From contig OZ038378.1 in NCBI GenBank assembly GCA_964036045.1, forward strand, positions 12,772,001-12,836,000: a DNA stretch of 64,000 bases, written 5' to 3'. Below, one piece after another: positions 38,064 through 49,069 of the stretch. Source of the DNA: Eutreptiella sp. 'Long Island Sound 2002' (lineage: Eukaryota > Protista > Euglenida). The translations under genes were made by a program, and so were the position numbers. Numbering within the stretch: the first letter of the stretch is position 1; each line of letters opens with the position of its first letter. A model generated the notes under the pieces. That model was not told where the DNA came from. It did not search any database and worked only from the letters and a program-made list of their open reading frames with translations.

Positions 38064-38435
38064 TTGAGCCTAAAAACTGGTCAGGACCACCCCACAACCT
38101 GTGTAACCAATGATTGGCCATTTCACCCAAATGATGGAGTCGGCTATGCGCACATAAGAAACTTAAAGGCCATGTACATGCTGGCTATGGCAACCAAAAC
38201 CACATACCACAACCTCACAACACAACGGCTCAAGGATGAGATGCGAAACCAGTTGTGTGACCGTATAGAATGGCACCAAGAGACAATACAAACGGACTAC
38301 ACGGCAGCCAAGCAAACAACTGCTGAGATACTAGCAATCCAGCCAGCAACACATAAAGCACATGAGGCACCTAACACAGGCACATCACAGTCATGTACTC
38401 CACATCCATTGGCAACAAAACGAACTAGTGTGTAG
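38064..38435 (+). mobile_element. Degenerate LINE ORF2-like fragment
   Basis: NDGVGYAHIRNLKAMYML resembles the post-RT GGLG segment. C/A-rich sense strand. Confidence 0.25.
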
Positions 38436-38949
38436 GGAGGCGACACATAGGCCAAGTTGTTGCACTGTGTGCGCACTGCGTGCGCACTGTGTGTGCACTG
38501 CGTGGGCACTGCGTGCATACTGCGCACGCAGAGGCCGGGATACTCACCCAAGAATACCTGTCACCTGACTGGTTGCACAGCGAAGCAGCAAAGCCCGCAT
38601 GAGAATGACGAAACTGCCTTCAACTTGGTACTCCACTGTCCCTATGAACAAACCACTCAGCCTTGTAAAGTCCGCTTGCTTCGAGTGTTTCGGTGCCCGT
38701 GGCTTCGCTCTTGGAGGCGGCGATGAGGTGTCCCTTGACTCGGAGCGCGGGGAATGCGTTGTCCGTGGTCTGTTGGGTGATGGGGACCGCGAATAGGGTG
38801 AAGGGGAGGGCGGTGGTGATTCTGAGCGTGGACGGGACACACTTGTTGATGGCGAGCGAGATCAGTGATGCGGTGGGGATGAAGGCCGTACCACAAACTC
38901 CTCAAGGTCCGCGGGCTATGTATGGCTACATCACCCCTGCCTTCTCGGG

Positions 38950-39195
38950 GTCCCCATAGTGGGGAGAGTGCAATATGAGGGATGGAAAATGGGTAAAAAT
39001 GGTTGACATTGGGCAACAAAGGGTGACAATTCAAATGTGCCACATCCCAAATGCATAGGAAGCTAAAAAAAAACCTAGTATGGAACCAAAAACTTGTCAA
39101 AAGGGGCCAAAAGTAGGGTCTGAGTATTGGCCGACATTCAAAACTTCGCACGGCGTGTGCACTGCGTGCGCACTGCGTGCATGGCATTCCCATAC
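38950..39195 (+). repeat. Dispersed repeat ending in (GCACTGCGTGC)3, homologous to 44960-45175
   Basis: Shared aaatgggt...caattcaaat...atgcat..gaagct.aaaaaa...tatggaac..aaa...ccgacat.caaaactt and 11-bp tandem tail (39148-39180; 45129-45161). Confidence 0.8.
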
Positions 39196-40180
39196 AACAA
39201 TCTGCCATCCAGGTACCAACGTGACACACAACACATGCGCCAAAACACTCTACCACATCCTAAAGCGACCTCGGGAAGTGTGGGGCCCGACTTTGTGGGA
39301 AATCTTCCTCCAAACACTCCCAAAACGCCACAGGGCACATTGGGACCCGAGTGAGTGGGAGATTCCATTAAACTAGACAACACCTACAGGGGAAAGCATG
39401 GGAGACCAATTATGAGCATGAGCTGGCACTCGTATGATTACCCCAGCTCTTCTTCCGAAACCTGTACTTAGCTTGTCATTTCACACCCCGATGGGCTCCC
39501 GACTCTGGCACTGTCACTGTGAGCCCTTATGAAGAAGGAAAAAAAAGGTACATCATCCATAATGTGCCAGAAAATGGCGTCCTGATTTTAATGCTAGGAG
39601 TGTTGCCCTGCCAAACCCATCACCACTTTGGGGAGGTCTGAGGAGCGGACGGGGACTTGGTGAAAGCCCTTCGATAGTCTGTTGTTAAAAAATGTTGCTT
39701 TTCGACTGGTTTTCCACACAATAAGGGGCAGGGGTGAGCATCATGCTTAGGGGTGTTTATGTACAGCGCGCGCACAGCGCCAAATAGTAATTCAACCTTC
39801 CCCTGACCACCGTGAAATCCAACCAACTCTGGTGAAGCACACATGCACATGGCAACAGCAAAACCTTCGTGGGACCACAGCCAACTGTCATGCACAACCC
39901 TCCAAGACCAAAGACGGGCACCCATGCTCAAGAATACCCATGAATATCATTACAGGGCTTTTGCCGGACAGTCAATGTCTTGCGGCCAATGAAAGGGATG
40001 TGGGAATGCAATCTTCCCTTGTATGCATCATCATGTATACCCAAGTAGCTAGCTAGTCTTCTGTTTTCATTTGTAACCTTGTAAGTGCCATTCATTTGCC
40101 CATCTTCGCCCGCGCAATTCATGCAATACACTTGGGGTGCACTATTCGCAAGGTTACCGGGAGTCCCCCCCAAAATGCAG

Positions 40181-42262
40181 GCGCCGTAAATCTCAAAAAA
40201 AACGTACGAAAACGCGAGCACATCGTTCAAACATGGGGGTTTGCAGCAGATTCCCTTGTTTGGGAAAACTTACGGCGCCGGCGCCGTAAAAAAATGCACC
40301 GCAAAAGAAACGTGCCCCAAGGTATGTCACAATGCAACAAAAAATACATACATGAAAAGGGGGCGAAAAAGACCCTTGCTAAGCATTGATGTGCAGAGCC
40401 CTGTGCTTACAGGGGTTTTGCAGTATCCAACTAGCACCACTTAGAGTGGTAGCGCTTGTCGTCCGTCGCTGTTTTACGGCGCCTCCGCCGTAAAATTTTA
40501 CGGCTGAAGCGCCGTAAATCTGGTCATAGCCCGGTGTTTTGTCTTTCAGCCCATCATCAGGCATTGACGTCCGTAGTGGCAACAATGCAAATGTGTGACA
40601 GACACCTGTAGAAGGGTATAATCGGTTAGACAGTCGAAAAACCCATTTTTCAGGTGGTATGCCATAAACCCATCTGGGGACATGAAATGTGTTTCATTCG
40701 CATTTACAACACACACTAACCTGGCAGTTACTAGCGGTTTGACACTGGCGCCAGATACCATCTTGGCTCACCAACATGGAACACAGACAATTGTGGCCTT
40801 GTTCGTGTCGCATTTCAGCTGTGTGCATTCTTGCCAATTTTTATTTGTCAGAGGTATGCACTATTTTGTAGGATAATACCACCGTTTGTAGTTGCACTGT
40901 GTTCCCACGACCTTGAAACAGGGGTTTGTTCACTGGCAGTATGCCACGCTGTGTAGATGCGAGTGTGGCCACGTGCTAGACAGGCTGCAAACCACCATGC
41001 ATGCCTGTTTCTTTCCCCGCATAGGGTGTGCACTGCAACATGCTAGAAGGGGTTACAGAGGTGCTGCAACTTGGTACACCCAGGGTGAAATTGCACCCTC
41101 CACCTTGTTGTAGACACAAAACTAGCACAAATTGGCACCACGTGGTGGCAAAGGGGGAGTCTTTGCACTGCGCGCGCACTGCGCGCTACTTTTAGACTAT
41201 GTTCCCCCCGAAGAGCCCCCAAGCACACCCCTTGGAAACGCCCTTAGAATTAGGTGACCCAAACTGCCCCAGCTCAAGAAAGTTGCAAACTACCTTCCCT
41301 TCACATAACACACATCATGCACAACTGGAAAAGCGTCCTTGTATCGGATAATCGGACTTGCTTCAATACTTCCACTTCCCAATGGAATCTTTGGCCGTCC
41401 CATGCGTGCTTGTCCCCCCGAGTGGAAATGGCTCTTCGCCACTCTGCAGAGATATAATGTAAAGCATAAACACAATCAAGGCAAGAGAGTCGCAAATGGC
41501 ATTGCGTGTAGTAAAGAGGGCGGAAATGCTACGTCAACCCTGCATTCTCGGGGATCCCCAAACAAAGGGGGACAAAATCAGAAGTCAAAAGCTCCGCTAG
41601 GGGTCACCATGATGCCCCTAGGGGCCCCTAGTATCTCAAAGTATGGGTCTCTAGTACGGCCAGACGCCCAAATAGTTGCACTGCGCGCGCACTGCGCGCG
41701 CACGTCGCGCGCACTGCGCTTGAGGCGCCCCCAAACGAGCCCCGCCGGCAGCAGCAGAAGAACAACCTCGGACCGAAGAAAACAATATTGCTGGTGACGG
41801 AAGGGCCTCAGACTTTGGTACAACACTGGACGCGGCGTCCCTTGACAGTCACACCGAGCAGGAGTCCCCTTCTGGCCCCCTGGTGACACACAGCATCCGG
41901 ACGCCGATCTAGAATCCAGTGGAGACGGGAAAACGACGATAAACACATTTTACGGCGCTTCAGCCGTAAAATATCTACGGCAGTAGCGCCGTAAAAATTT
42001 TACGCCGTAAACGACAACGATAGTAGCAGTAAACAACGGACATACTTGCACAGTCCTTTAGGACAATGCTCACGCCACGTATATAGCTGTAGGTCACCAT
42101 TCAACAGTGCCTCATGCCCAGCACCGACTTTTTACATTTCCTGTGCCATTAACCCACGCACACACACACAAGCATACGTGTTTCAAGTCTTGGAATTGCC
42201 TACCGCTGCCGCGTTGTTTGTGCCTGCATAGGTATAAACATTTTACGGCGCTTCAGCCGTAA
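40181..42262. repeat. Cluster of TTTTACGGC-N6-GCCGTAAAA hairpins
   Basis: Units at 40270-40289 (perfect 20-bp palindrome), 40472-40495, 40496-40518, 41947-41972, about 41973-41996 and 42240-42262. Confidence 0.9.
41590..41720 (+). repeat. Second repeat family with a GCACTGCGCGC tail, homologous to 53500-53595
   Basis: Shared ccatgatgcccctagg...caaagtatgggtctc.agtacggc.agacgcccaaatagttgcactgcgc. Confidence 0.75.
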
Positions 42263-44387
42263 CAATGTGTCATAGAACGGGGGCAGGCAACGAAACAGGG
42301 GTCACGGACCCTAATGCAAGAAAAAACATGAAAAAACGTTGCGCGCGCACACAGCACTCCCGGCAACCTTGCGAATAGTGCACCCCAAGATACATGCAAT
42401 TCATCAAGAACCAATCACTGCAGGGCATGTTTCATGTTCCGTGGTGTTGATTGTGGGAATTTCAAGCCACATTCATCGAGTGCAAGTTTTCCATACTATT
42501 GTAAACACGTATGTTTCAGCCATTGTACACCAAACTCTTAAATTTGCTCTTATCCATCTTATTTGTCGCAACTCACAAGTGATAAGTCACAAAGCGGCTT
42601 GCGCTGGAAAATGTTCGCGGGAAACTGTTATGGTAAGCATCACAGTGTCGTTCACTTTCTCCTCACTCATCTTTTGTAGCTTGTATTTAAGTCCTTCTTC
42701 CAGAACCTGTTGAAGCAAACGCAAGTGCACAGGCACAACCCTGGTAGCAACAAGGTGGCCTAGTACAGTAGCAGCCCGCTCCAAACCACCAATGTTGCCT
42801 CACGGTATTCCCACCAAATCCATTTAAGGCAAAGACAGGCCTGAGTGTGGGATGGTGGGGCTTTCTGTACTTGGAAACACATTCGTTCATGTGTAGTGTC
42901 TGTGCTTGGAAGAGTATACTGATGCTTCCGCAGCATTGAGCAATGACAACAGCAAACAAAGCAAAATGAAATGCCACAAGAGCACACTTTCTCGAAGAAA
43001 AACTTGCATGTAGCAAGCGGAGGGCATTTCATAGAGGTTGTGGCCCAGCCAATCAATGTCAATGCAGTCAAACCTCTTTTCTGGATTGTCCTGGGACCCG
43101 CCAGTCCAGGAGTCGTCGATGGCCTCGGAAGTATACCCACATGGCATGGCTGGCCAATATCCAGACTTGTCAAGGTCACATCATGCTCCCTCGGGCAGCC
43201 TGTGATCCTTTCGATCAGCCTCCAAATCCGATATCAAATACCTGCCCCTGTGGCCATGCCTGTCCCTGTCCCTGTGCCTGCCCCCATCTCAGGACGCTGC
43301 ACAAATCCATTTCCGGTCCACTTGGGACATGATTGCGCCATGTGTATGGCAGTGCCAAGGAGGTTGGCAACATAGTTCATCAGCTCCACCGGCAGCAGGG
43401 TCAATCTGAATCGACTATCTGTACTCTGCCCTGCCAACCACCACGTCTGTCAATGGAACGCCACAATGGCTTGCACAGCTTTACTTCAACTCCCATTCAT
43501 TTCCCATTGCCTTCCATTTCCCCTCCATGACATATAGACCACACGATAAGCATATAATGCACATCCAACAAGTCACCAACCACCTTGACAGCCTTGTGTG
43601 GGACCCTGCAAAGTTGGAAGTGGGCAGCGGTATTTTTCAACAAAGGATGTATCTGTGTGGGTGAACCCCAAGGAAGGGGAGGCGCCACCTCCACAGAACT
43701 ACCACAGAGGTGTGCCATCCGGTCCTTGAAACGCAGGGGTCCCTTGCTGCGAAAAGGCCTCTCAGCTTGAAACAGAAACTGCTTGACTCTGGCAAATTGG
43801 CGCAGTACATGAAGAAATGCTCACCGTATAATGGTGTGGCTAAGAAATGCCACTCTATCGGTGTGGCATAGAACTGCAAGTAACGCTGCAACATTGCTCT
43901 TGCAATATGTCTGAACAAAGGGTGGCTGAGCAAAAGATGGCGGGATTGGGACCTGCTCAGTGTTTTTGATTAAATACAGTACACAATCAGTCTTTTTAGA
44001 CACTTCAGGGTTTGTGTGCACACAAGGTGGGTGTGCGCAAAGTACCTGTTGCCGTTGGTGGTGTGGCCCGATTCAGGTGAGGGTAAGGTTCTTGGGCGAC
44101 AGCCATGGAATCATGCCCACAGACACTCCATTACTGGGAATGTTGGTGGCTCTGCAAACCAACCGCATCCCGTGGAAAGGCGTCTTCGGCCATCATGTGG
44201 CGGACTGAGGTTGCTTGCATCGGGGAAAGCATCCATAGGCAAAGTGTTTGCACTGCGTGCGCACTGCGTGCACATTGCAGTGAAACCCACCCCATGCCAC
44301 CTCTGTATAACACTGCAAAGCAACAAAGCCAACAGGACACACATTGAACCACCACCAACCCGGTACTTTGATGTACCTGTGAACATC

Positions 44388-44792
44388 TCATTTATTGTTG
44401 TAGAGTACCACTATGCAGTTGCAATCACTGTAACCCTTGTAAGCGCCATCGTGATTACCTACTTCATAATCGAAGAACTGTCCGTGCATTCGCGAAGGAC
44501 CACATTGATCCCAAATCGTAACATCCGCCGACGTTCCCGGCATAAGATCACATATCCATACTATATTCCCAAGGTTGTCCACGGCCACCGTTACCTTATA
44601 AACATGGCCTGTGTACTTGGGATTTAAGAGTACATCGCATATACACATCATCCGAACAATCTGAGCGAGACATATAGGCACAGTTGTCCCAACTTGGAAT
44701 TTGCCGAAGAAAACAGAGGTGTTGGAAGGTCCTCCTAGGACAACAAACCTTCCGCGCCATACTTCATGTAGAATTCCTCCGCTATAACACAA
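44388..44792 (-). pseudogene. PIF/Harbinger (IS5-like, DDE_Tnp_4) transposase remnant
   Basis: KYTGHVYKVTVAVDNLGNIVWICDLMPGTSADVTIWD...EVGNHDGAYKG matches the K-x3-H-x2-K / pGs-x2-D / DxxY pattern. Flanking frames are broken. Confidence 0.65.
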
Positions 44793-44959
44793 TCAACACC
44801 AATGAGGTTGACTTGTTTATGGAGTTGTGAATATACTTCCCAAGGCTCCTTGGAGCGCCTAGCGGAGCACCGATCAATCCACCAAGCCACATCTTTGGGG
44901 TCAAGGTTAGCGTGTGGACCCACCATCCAAGTACAACGAGGAACATGCACGAAAAAAAG

Positions 44960-45175
44960 GGGGGGTGAAAATGGGTACAAATGGGTGAAAATAGGTGATA
45001 ATGAATGACAATTCAAATTTGTCATATCCTGAATGCATAAGAAGCTTAAAAAACCCTACTATGGAACAACAAACCTCCGCAAAAGGGCCAAAACTAGGGT
45101 TCGGGTAGTTACCGACATACAAAACTTTGCACTGCGTGCGCACTGCGTGCGCACTGCGTGCATGGCATTCCCATA
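44960..45175 (+). repeat. Dispersed repeat ending in (GCACTGCGTGC)3, homologous to 38950-39195
   Basis: Same conserved blocks and tail as the 38950-39195 copy. Confidence 0.8.
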
Positions 45176-47586
45176 GTCAGCATTGTAGTGTATAGAGATC
45201 CCAGAGAGCCGTCTAAGTACCAGACCTCGGTATTTTGGCATTGGACTACTCAAGTGGCGGATCATATTGGACTTGTGCTTGGAAAAGATTTGAATCGTAT
45301 TCCGCCAGGTACACCAAGTGAAATGCAGGGCCATAAGATTGGTGCTCCTTGGGGTGCTTTCAGGTCAGCGTCTCTTGGGGGACGCCATGGGTGAAGAAGT
45401 TGTGGTTGGTGACGCTGCTGAGAATGTTGGGGCAGTGGTTTTGGTTGCCACAGCCGCGTCCCGTCCGCGTCCGTTGCCCTTCACCGATTTCCACCAATCA
45501 GCCCTCCTGGTGGACAGTCTATAACAGCAATAAAGCTATCATACAAGTGAAACTAAATAAGGTAAGGTTGTGTCTAGCCAGTTATGTACAAGGCCCAGCT
45601 GGTAGACATGATCCGGCCAGAGAATGGAGAAATGGAGGGCGCCGACGGTCCAGTTACCGCGTAGGGTTGCGCTGGAATTAGTGTGTGCCCTACCCGGGCT
45701 AAATCAACTCAGCCACACAAGCCCATCGACAGTACAGTGGGAACAGAGGGGGTCAGCGAAGGCATCGAGCGTGTGGGAGATGCAACCCGCAACTGGGCGT
45801 GGCGTATACATCCGGGGGGAGATCCGGGTCTCAGAAAGCACAAACCACAGGTCTATTGTGGCTTGGCGCCCCCTTCGTACCTGCGCCCAACGCAAAGGGC
45901 CACGTACCCTCCCCTGCAGGCAACGTCAGTATACGCCTTGTGCGGAGCTCCAACCGCGCCCTCTATCCGACCTCCTCGGCCGCACTTGCGAGAGAGCACA
46001 GTGTATTCGGATGAAGCGTGGGCTTCAATTGTGCGTGTGATCACCTGCGTGCGTGCGTGCGTGCGTGCGTTCGGGGGGGGGGGGGGGTACATGGCCCTAC
46101 ATCGTTTTACGGAGGGATTCCCTATGACAATATGTGTGTACATGTGCAGACGTGCAGCTCTTTGGATTGCAAAAGCCTCCGGCCCCTGGCGCTTACAATT
46201 CCGAGAAAGGGCTATACTGGATCGACGTGCCAGTCAGAGTGCTGCTGAACATGGGCGAACGTTGGCAGAAAGTGCTGAATATGGACAGGAATCAGAGCAC
46301 AAGCGCAGCAACGGCCTTTGGGCACAACACCCTTGAGGTAACTCCTGGGAGAAGCAGTACCGAGATGCTGACTGCCTCGCTCCCTCCCTCAAAGTCACAA
46401 ACGAATCACAGTCACAGTCAGGCCTTGTGGATATATATTGTGGCAGCGTCGCCATCAAAGCACATCAAAGTGATGCATAGAAGCGCCTGGGCAGGGAAAG
46501 CGGGGAACTCAGGTCCCAAACGCTTCGGCGTAGGCCACTGCTGCATCCGGAGTTACCCGTCCAAAGGAAGGCTGCTCCACGAAATGCACATGCGACGGTG
46601 TGCCCCCCCCTCCCCTGCCTCGACCCATGTGCACAGAAGAGGGCGAGCGCGGTGAGCAGGGCCAAGCGGGCGTCAACCATGCACAGAGGACCACATTGGG
46701 CCAGGAGCAGCCAGTCCCGCCGTGCCCTCCTGCACCCCACCCCACCCCACCCCACCCCACCCCACAGACCGACACACCCCCGAGCACGGTGGTACCCCCG
46801 CTCGCTCGGGCTGGGCGGGGTCTGGGGACTGTCAGCAGTCCGGCAGGTCTTGAGACGGGACATTCAGGTCAGTCAGGTCCAGTGGAGAGCCGCAGGCAAG
46901 GCCCCGCTACCGTGGCGACTGCACGGCCGGAACAGACAAGCCCCAACCCCCCCTCCCCTTGCCCCCCCTCCCCTCTGCTCTTCTCTCCCGCCCTCCCCGT
47001 GCCTCGTCCACACACATACCTCTACGGCCACCCACACACCAGGGGGCTTGCCCCGCCGGAGGGTATCCTCCCTCACTGAGGATGGGAGCATACCGGCCAC
47101 CTGACCAATGTGCAGGACCAGGGCCGCGGCCAACGCGCTGCACCCGACGTTGTAGCGCCCCCCACACCCGGCAACCCCAGCCGCCCTCACAATAGGCGGC
47201 CATCGAGACCCCAGCCATCATACCACCGGGTGGCTATCAGGTCCCCCACAACCGCCTGACGCCCCCAAGGGGCACTCCCCGTGTCGGGGCAGGGCCGTGC
47301 ACTCGCACCCGGCCCACCGCCGGCACTGCCGCCACACTTGTACCGGGCCCGGCCCGGGGCAGCGCCCCCCCCCCTGGCCACATGTGGCAGGGCGCCGGTC
47401 TGCTGATGCGCCCCCGGACTTTCCACGCACAGCCTGCGGCCCGCAGGACTGCACCACTCGACGCAGGTCATGCGTTCGCTCCCTCACACACAAGATCGGC
47501 GGGATGCCTCACAAGGCGTCCAAGGCGCGGCGGATGTGTGGTACGCTGTGTCTCGTGGGAGAAACACGTCCCGTGGGGCCTTCCAC

Positions 47587-48348
47587 TCACGGCACGGCTT
47601 CCGGATCCAGACCCCCCGGGGGCACGTAAATGTGGTCCATGTCACTTCTTGTTTGGGGGCAGAGGGTGAGTGACGCGCTGATGAGGGCCACACAGCAAAG
47701 GCACACGTTGACACTGGAGGCCGTGCCTTGTGGGGGATGATGGAGGTCCAAGGCCCTGGGGCAAACAATATTTACATTGGGCACCCACAGACGTGGGGCC
47801 TCATAGACGCGTGAAGCGATAGACAGGGCCAAGATGACGACGCTCTGGGTCTCCAGTCCCTCAGACCGGGCAACAGTTTCTGTCCAATACAAAATGTGCT
47901 GCCGGCCCAAGCCCATCTGCACGGCTGAATCGGCACGTGTACCGGGTCATTCCTTCACAAACACCCGTACAATGAAATCACAGTACAATTTGATACGCCA
48001 GCTGCCGACGGTTGACCATCAACGCCAAGGGACGCCGGCTGGCGGAGCGGTCATCCCGCCTGGCGCTGAACCGAACCCTCAATGGGGCACACCTCCTGCA
48101 CTGAGGCCGGGATGAAAGCCACAGGTCTCGAACACCGCCCGAAGGCCTACCAATGGGCGTTGGCTCGCACTCGAGGTCGCCATGGGGGTTGCTTCGGGCA
48201 ACAACGGCTCCGCCAGGCGTGCCACGGCGGTCCCGCTCAGCAGATCAGTGTCTGAAGTGACCATCCCCCACCGGCGGCTGCCGTGTAAAGTAAACAAATG
48301 CAATGCCCCAAACGGACGGTGAGAACACTTCAGAAAGAGGACAGGCAA
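47587..48348 (-). pseudogene. Possible SF1 (UvrD/Schlafen-like) helicase C-terminal pseudogene
   Basis: One frame interrupted by three TGA stops (48079, 48019, 47947). ETVARSEGLETQSVVIL...RVYEAPR resembles SF1 motifs V/VI (T-x3-KGLE...YVA-x-SRA). Confidence 0.35.
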
Positions 48349-48874
48349 AGCGAACGAGGGCTCCGTGTGTTACGGCGGCATTCTGTGCCTTGCCTTTGTT
48401 CTGCGGTAGACATGCGAGACCCAACTGTCAACCGGCAAACCGTCACTGATGAATTGCACGCCACAGGCCCCACAAAACGAAGGCGGGACTCCCCATCCGC
48501 GTGCATTGTACGCGCTGCCCTGTCTGTCGTATGACTCCCAGAGGGACTAACACGCGCATCCTCCCCTCCCCGAGCCCCTCCCCCTCCCCTCCCATTGCTC
48601 CTCTTACTCCCGTCATTTGCCCCGCTCCCGGGGGGTGAAGAGGGGAAACGGCATGAGACAACGCATACCAGTCAGAGCACGCACACTGCGTCCCAATGGT
48701 AGCCTCACTGGAAACAGAGCGAAGTCAGAGGAGGGGGATTGGGTGAGACAAATGGGAGTGACAAAGAGCCTTTTCACTCGCACTGTGAACGCCGGCCAAC
48801 CCCAAGTCTAAACCTTCGGTACAAAACCAAAAGCCCCATACCCCCAAGCGATGCCGCATATCTTCTGCACGGCA

Positions 48875-49069
48875 TTACACACGAACAAGGCGCTCTATGG
48901 GCTCACGGCACAAGGGGCAGTGCTGCAGGCTCTCAACGCAGGTGCTGCACACGTCTCCGTGGAGGCAGGGCGCCATCAGGAGCCCCACGGTGGCCATCGG
49001 CAGCCTCACAAGGCAGACTGGGCAGGTCGGGTTCTCCAGCGCTGTAATCTCGGGCTCGAAGCCCATGAC
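48875..49069 (-). CDS. Exon 5: RING-HC finger of IAP/MUL1 type (zf-C3HC4_3), ending at the stop codon
   Basis: Acceptor CCTCTGCAG|GTC. C-x2-C-x15-C-x-H-x3-C-x2-C-x6-C-x2-C followed by REPIERLVRV-stop. The spacing matches XIAP-type RINGs except for a longer first loop. Confidence 0.85.
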   Translation of the reverse strand, partial: VMGFEPEITALENPTCPVCLVRLPMATVGLLMAPCLHGDVCSTCVESLQHCPLCREPIERLVRV

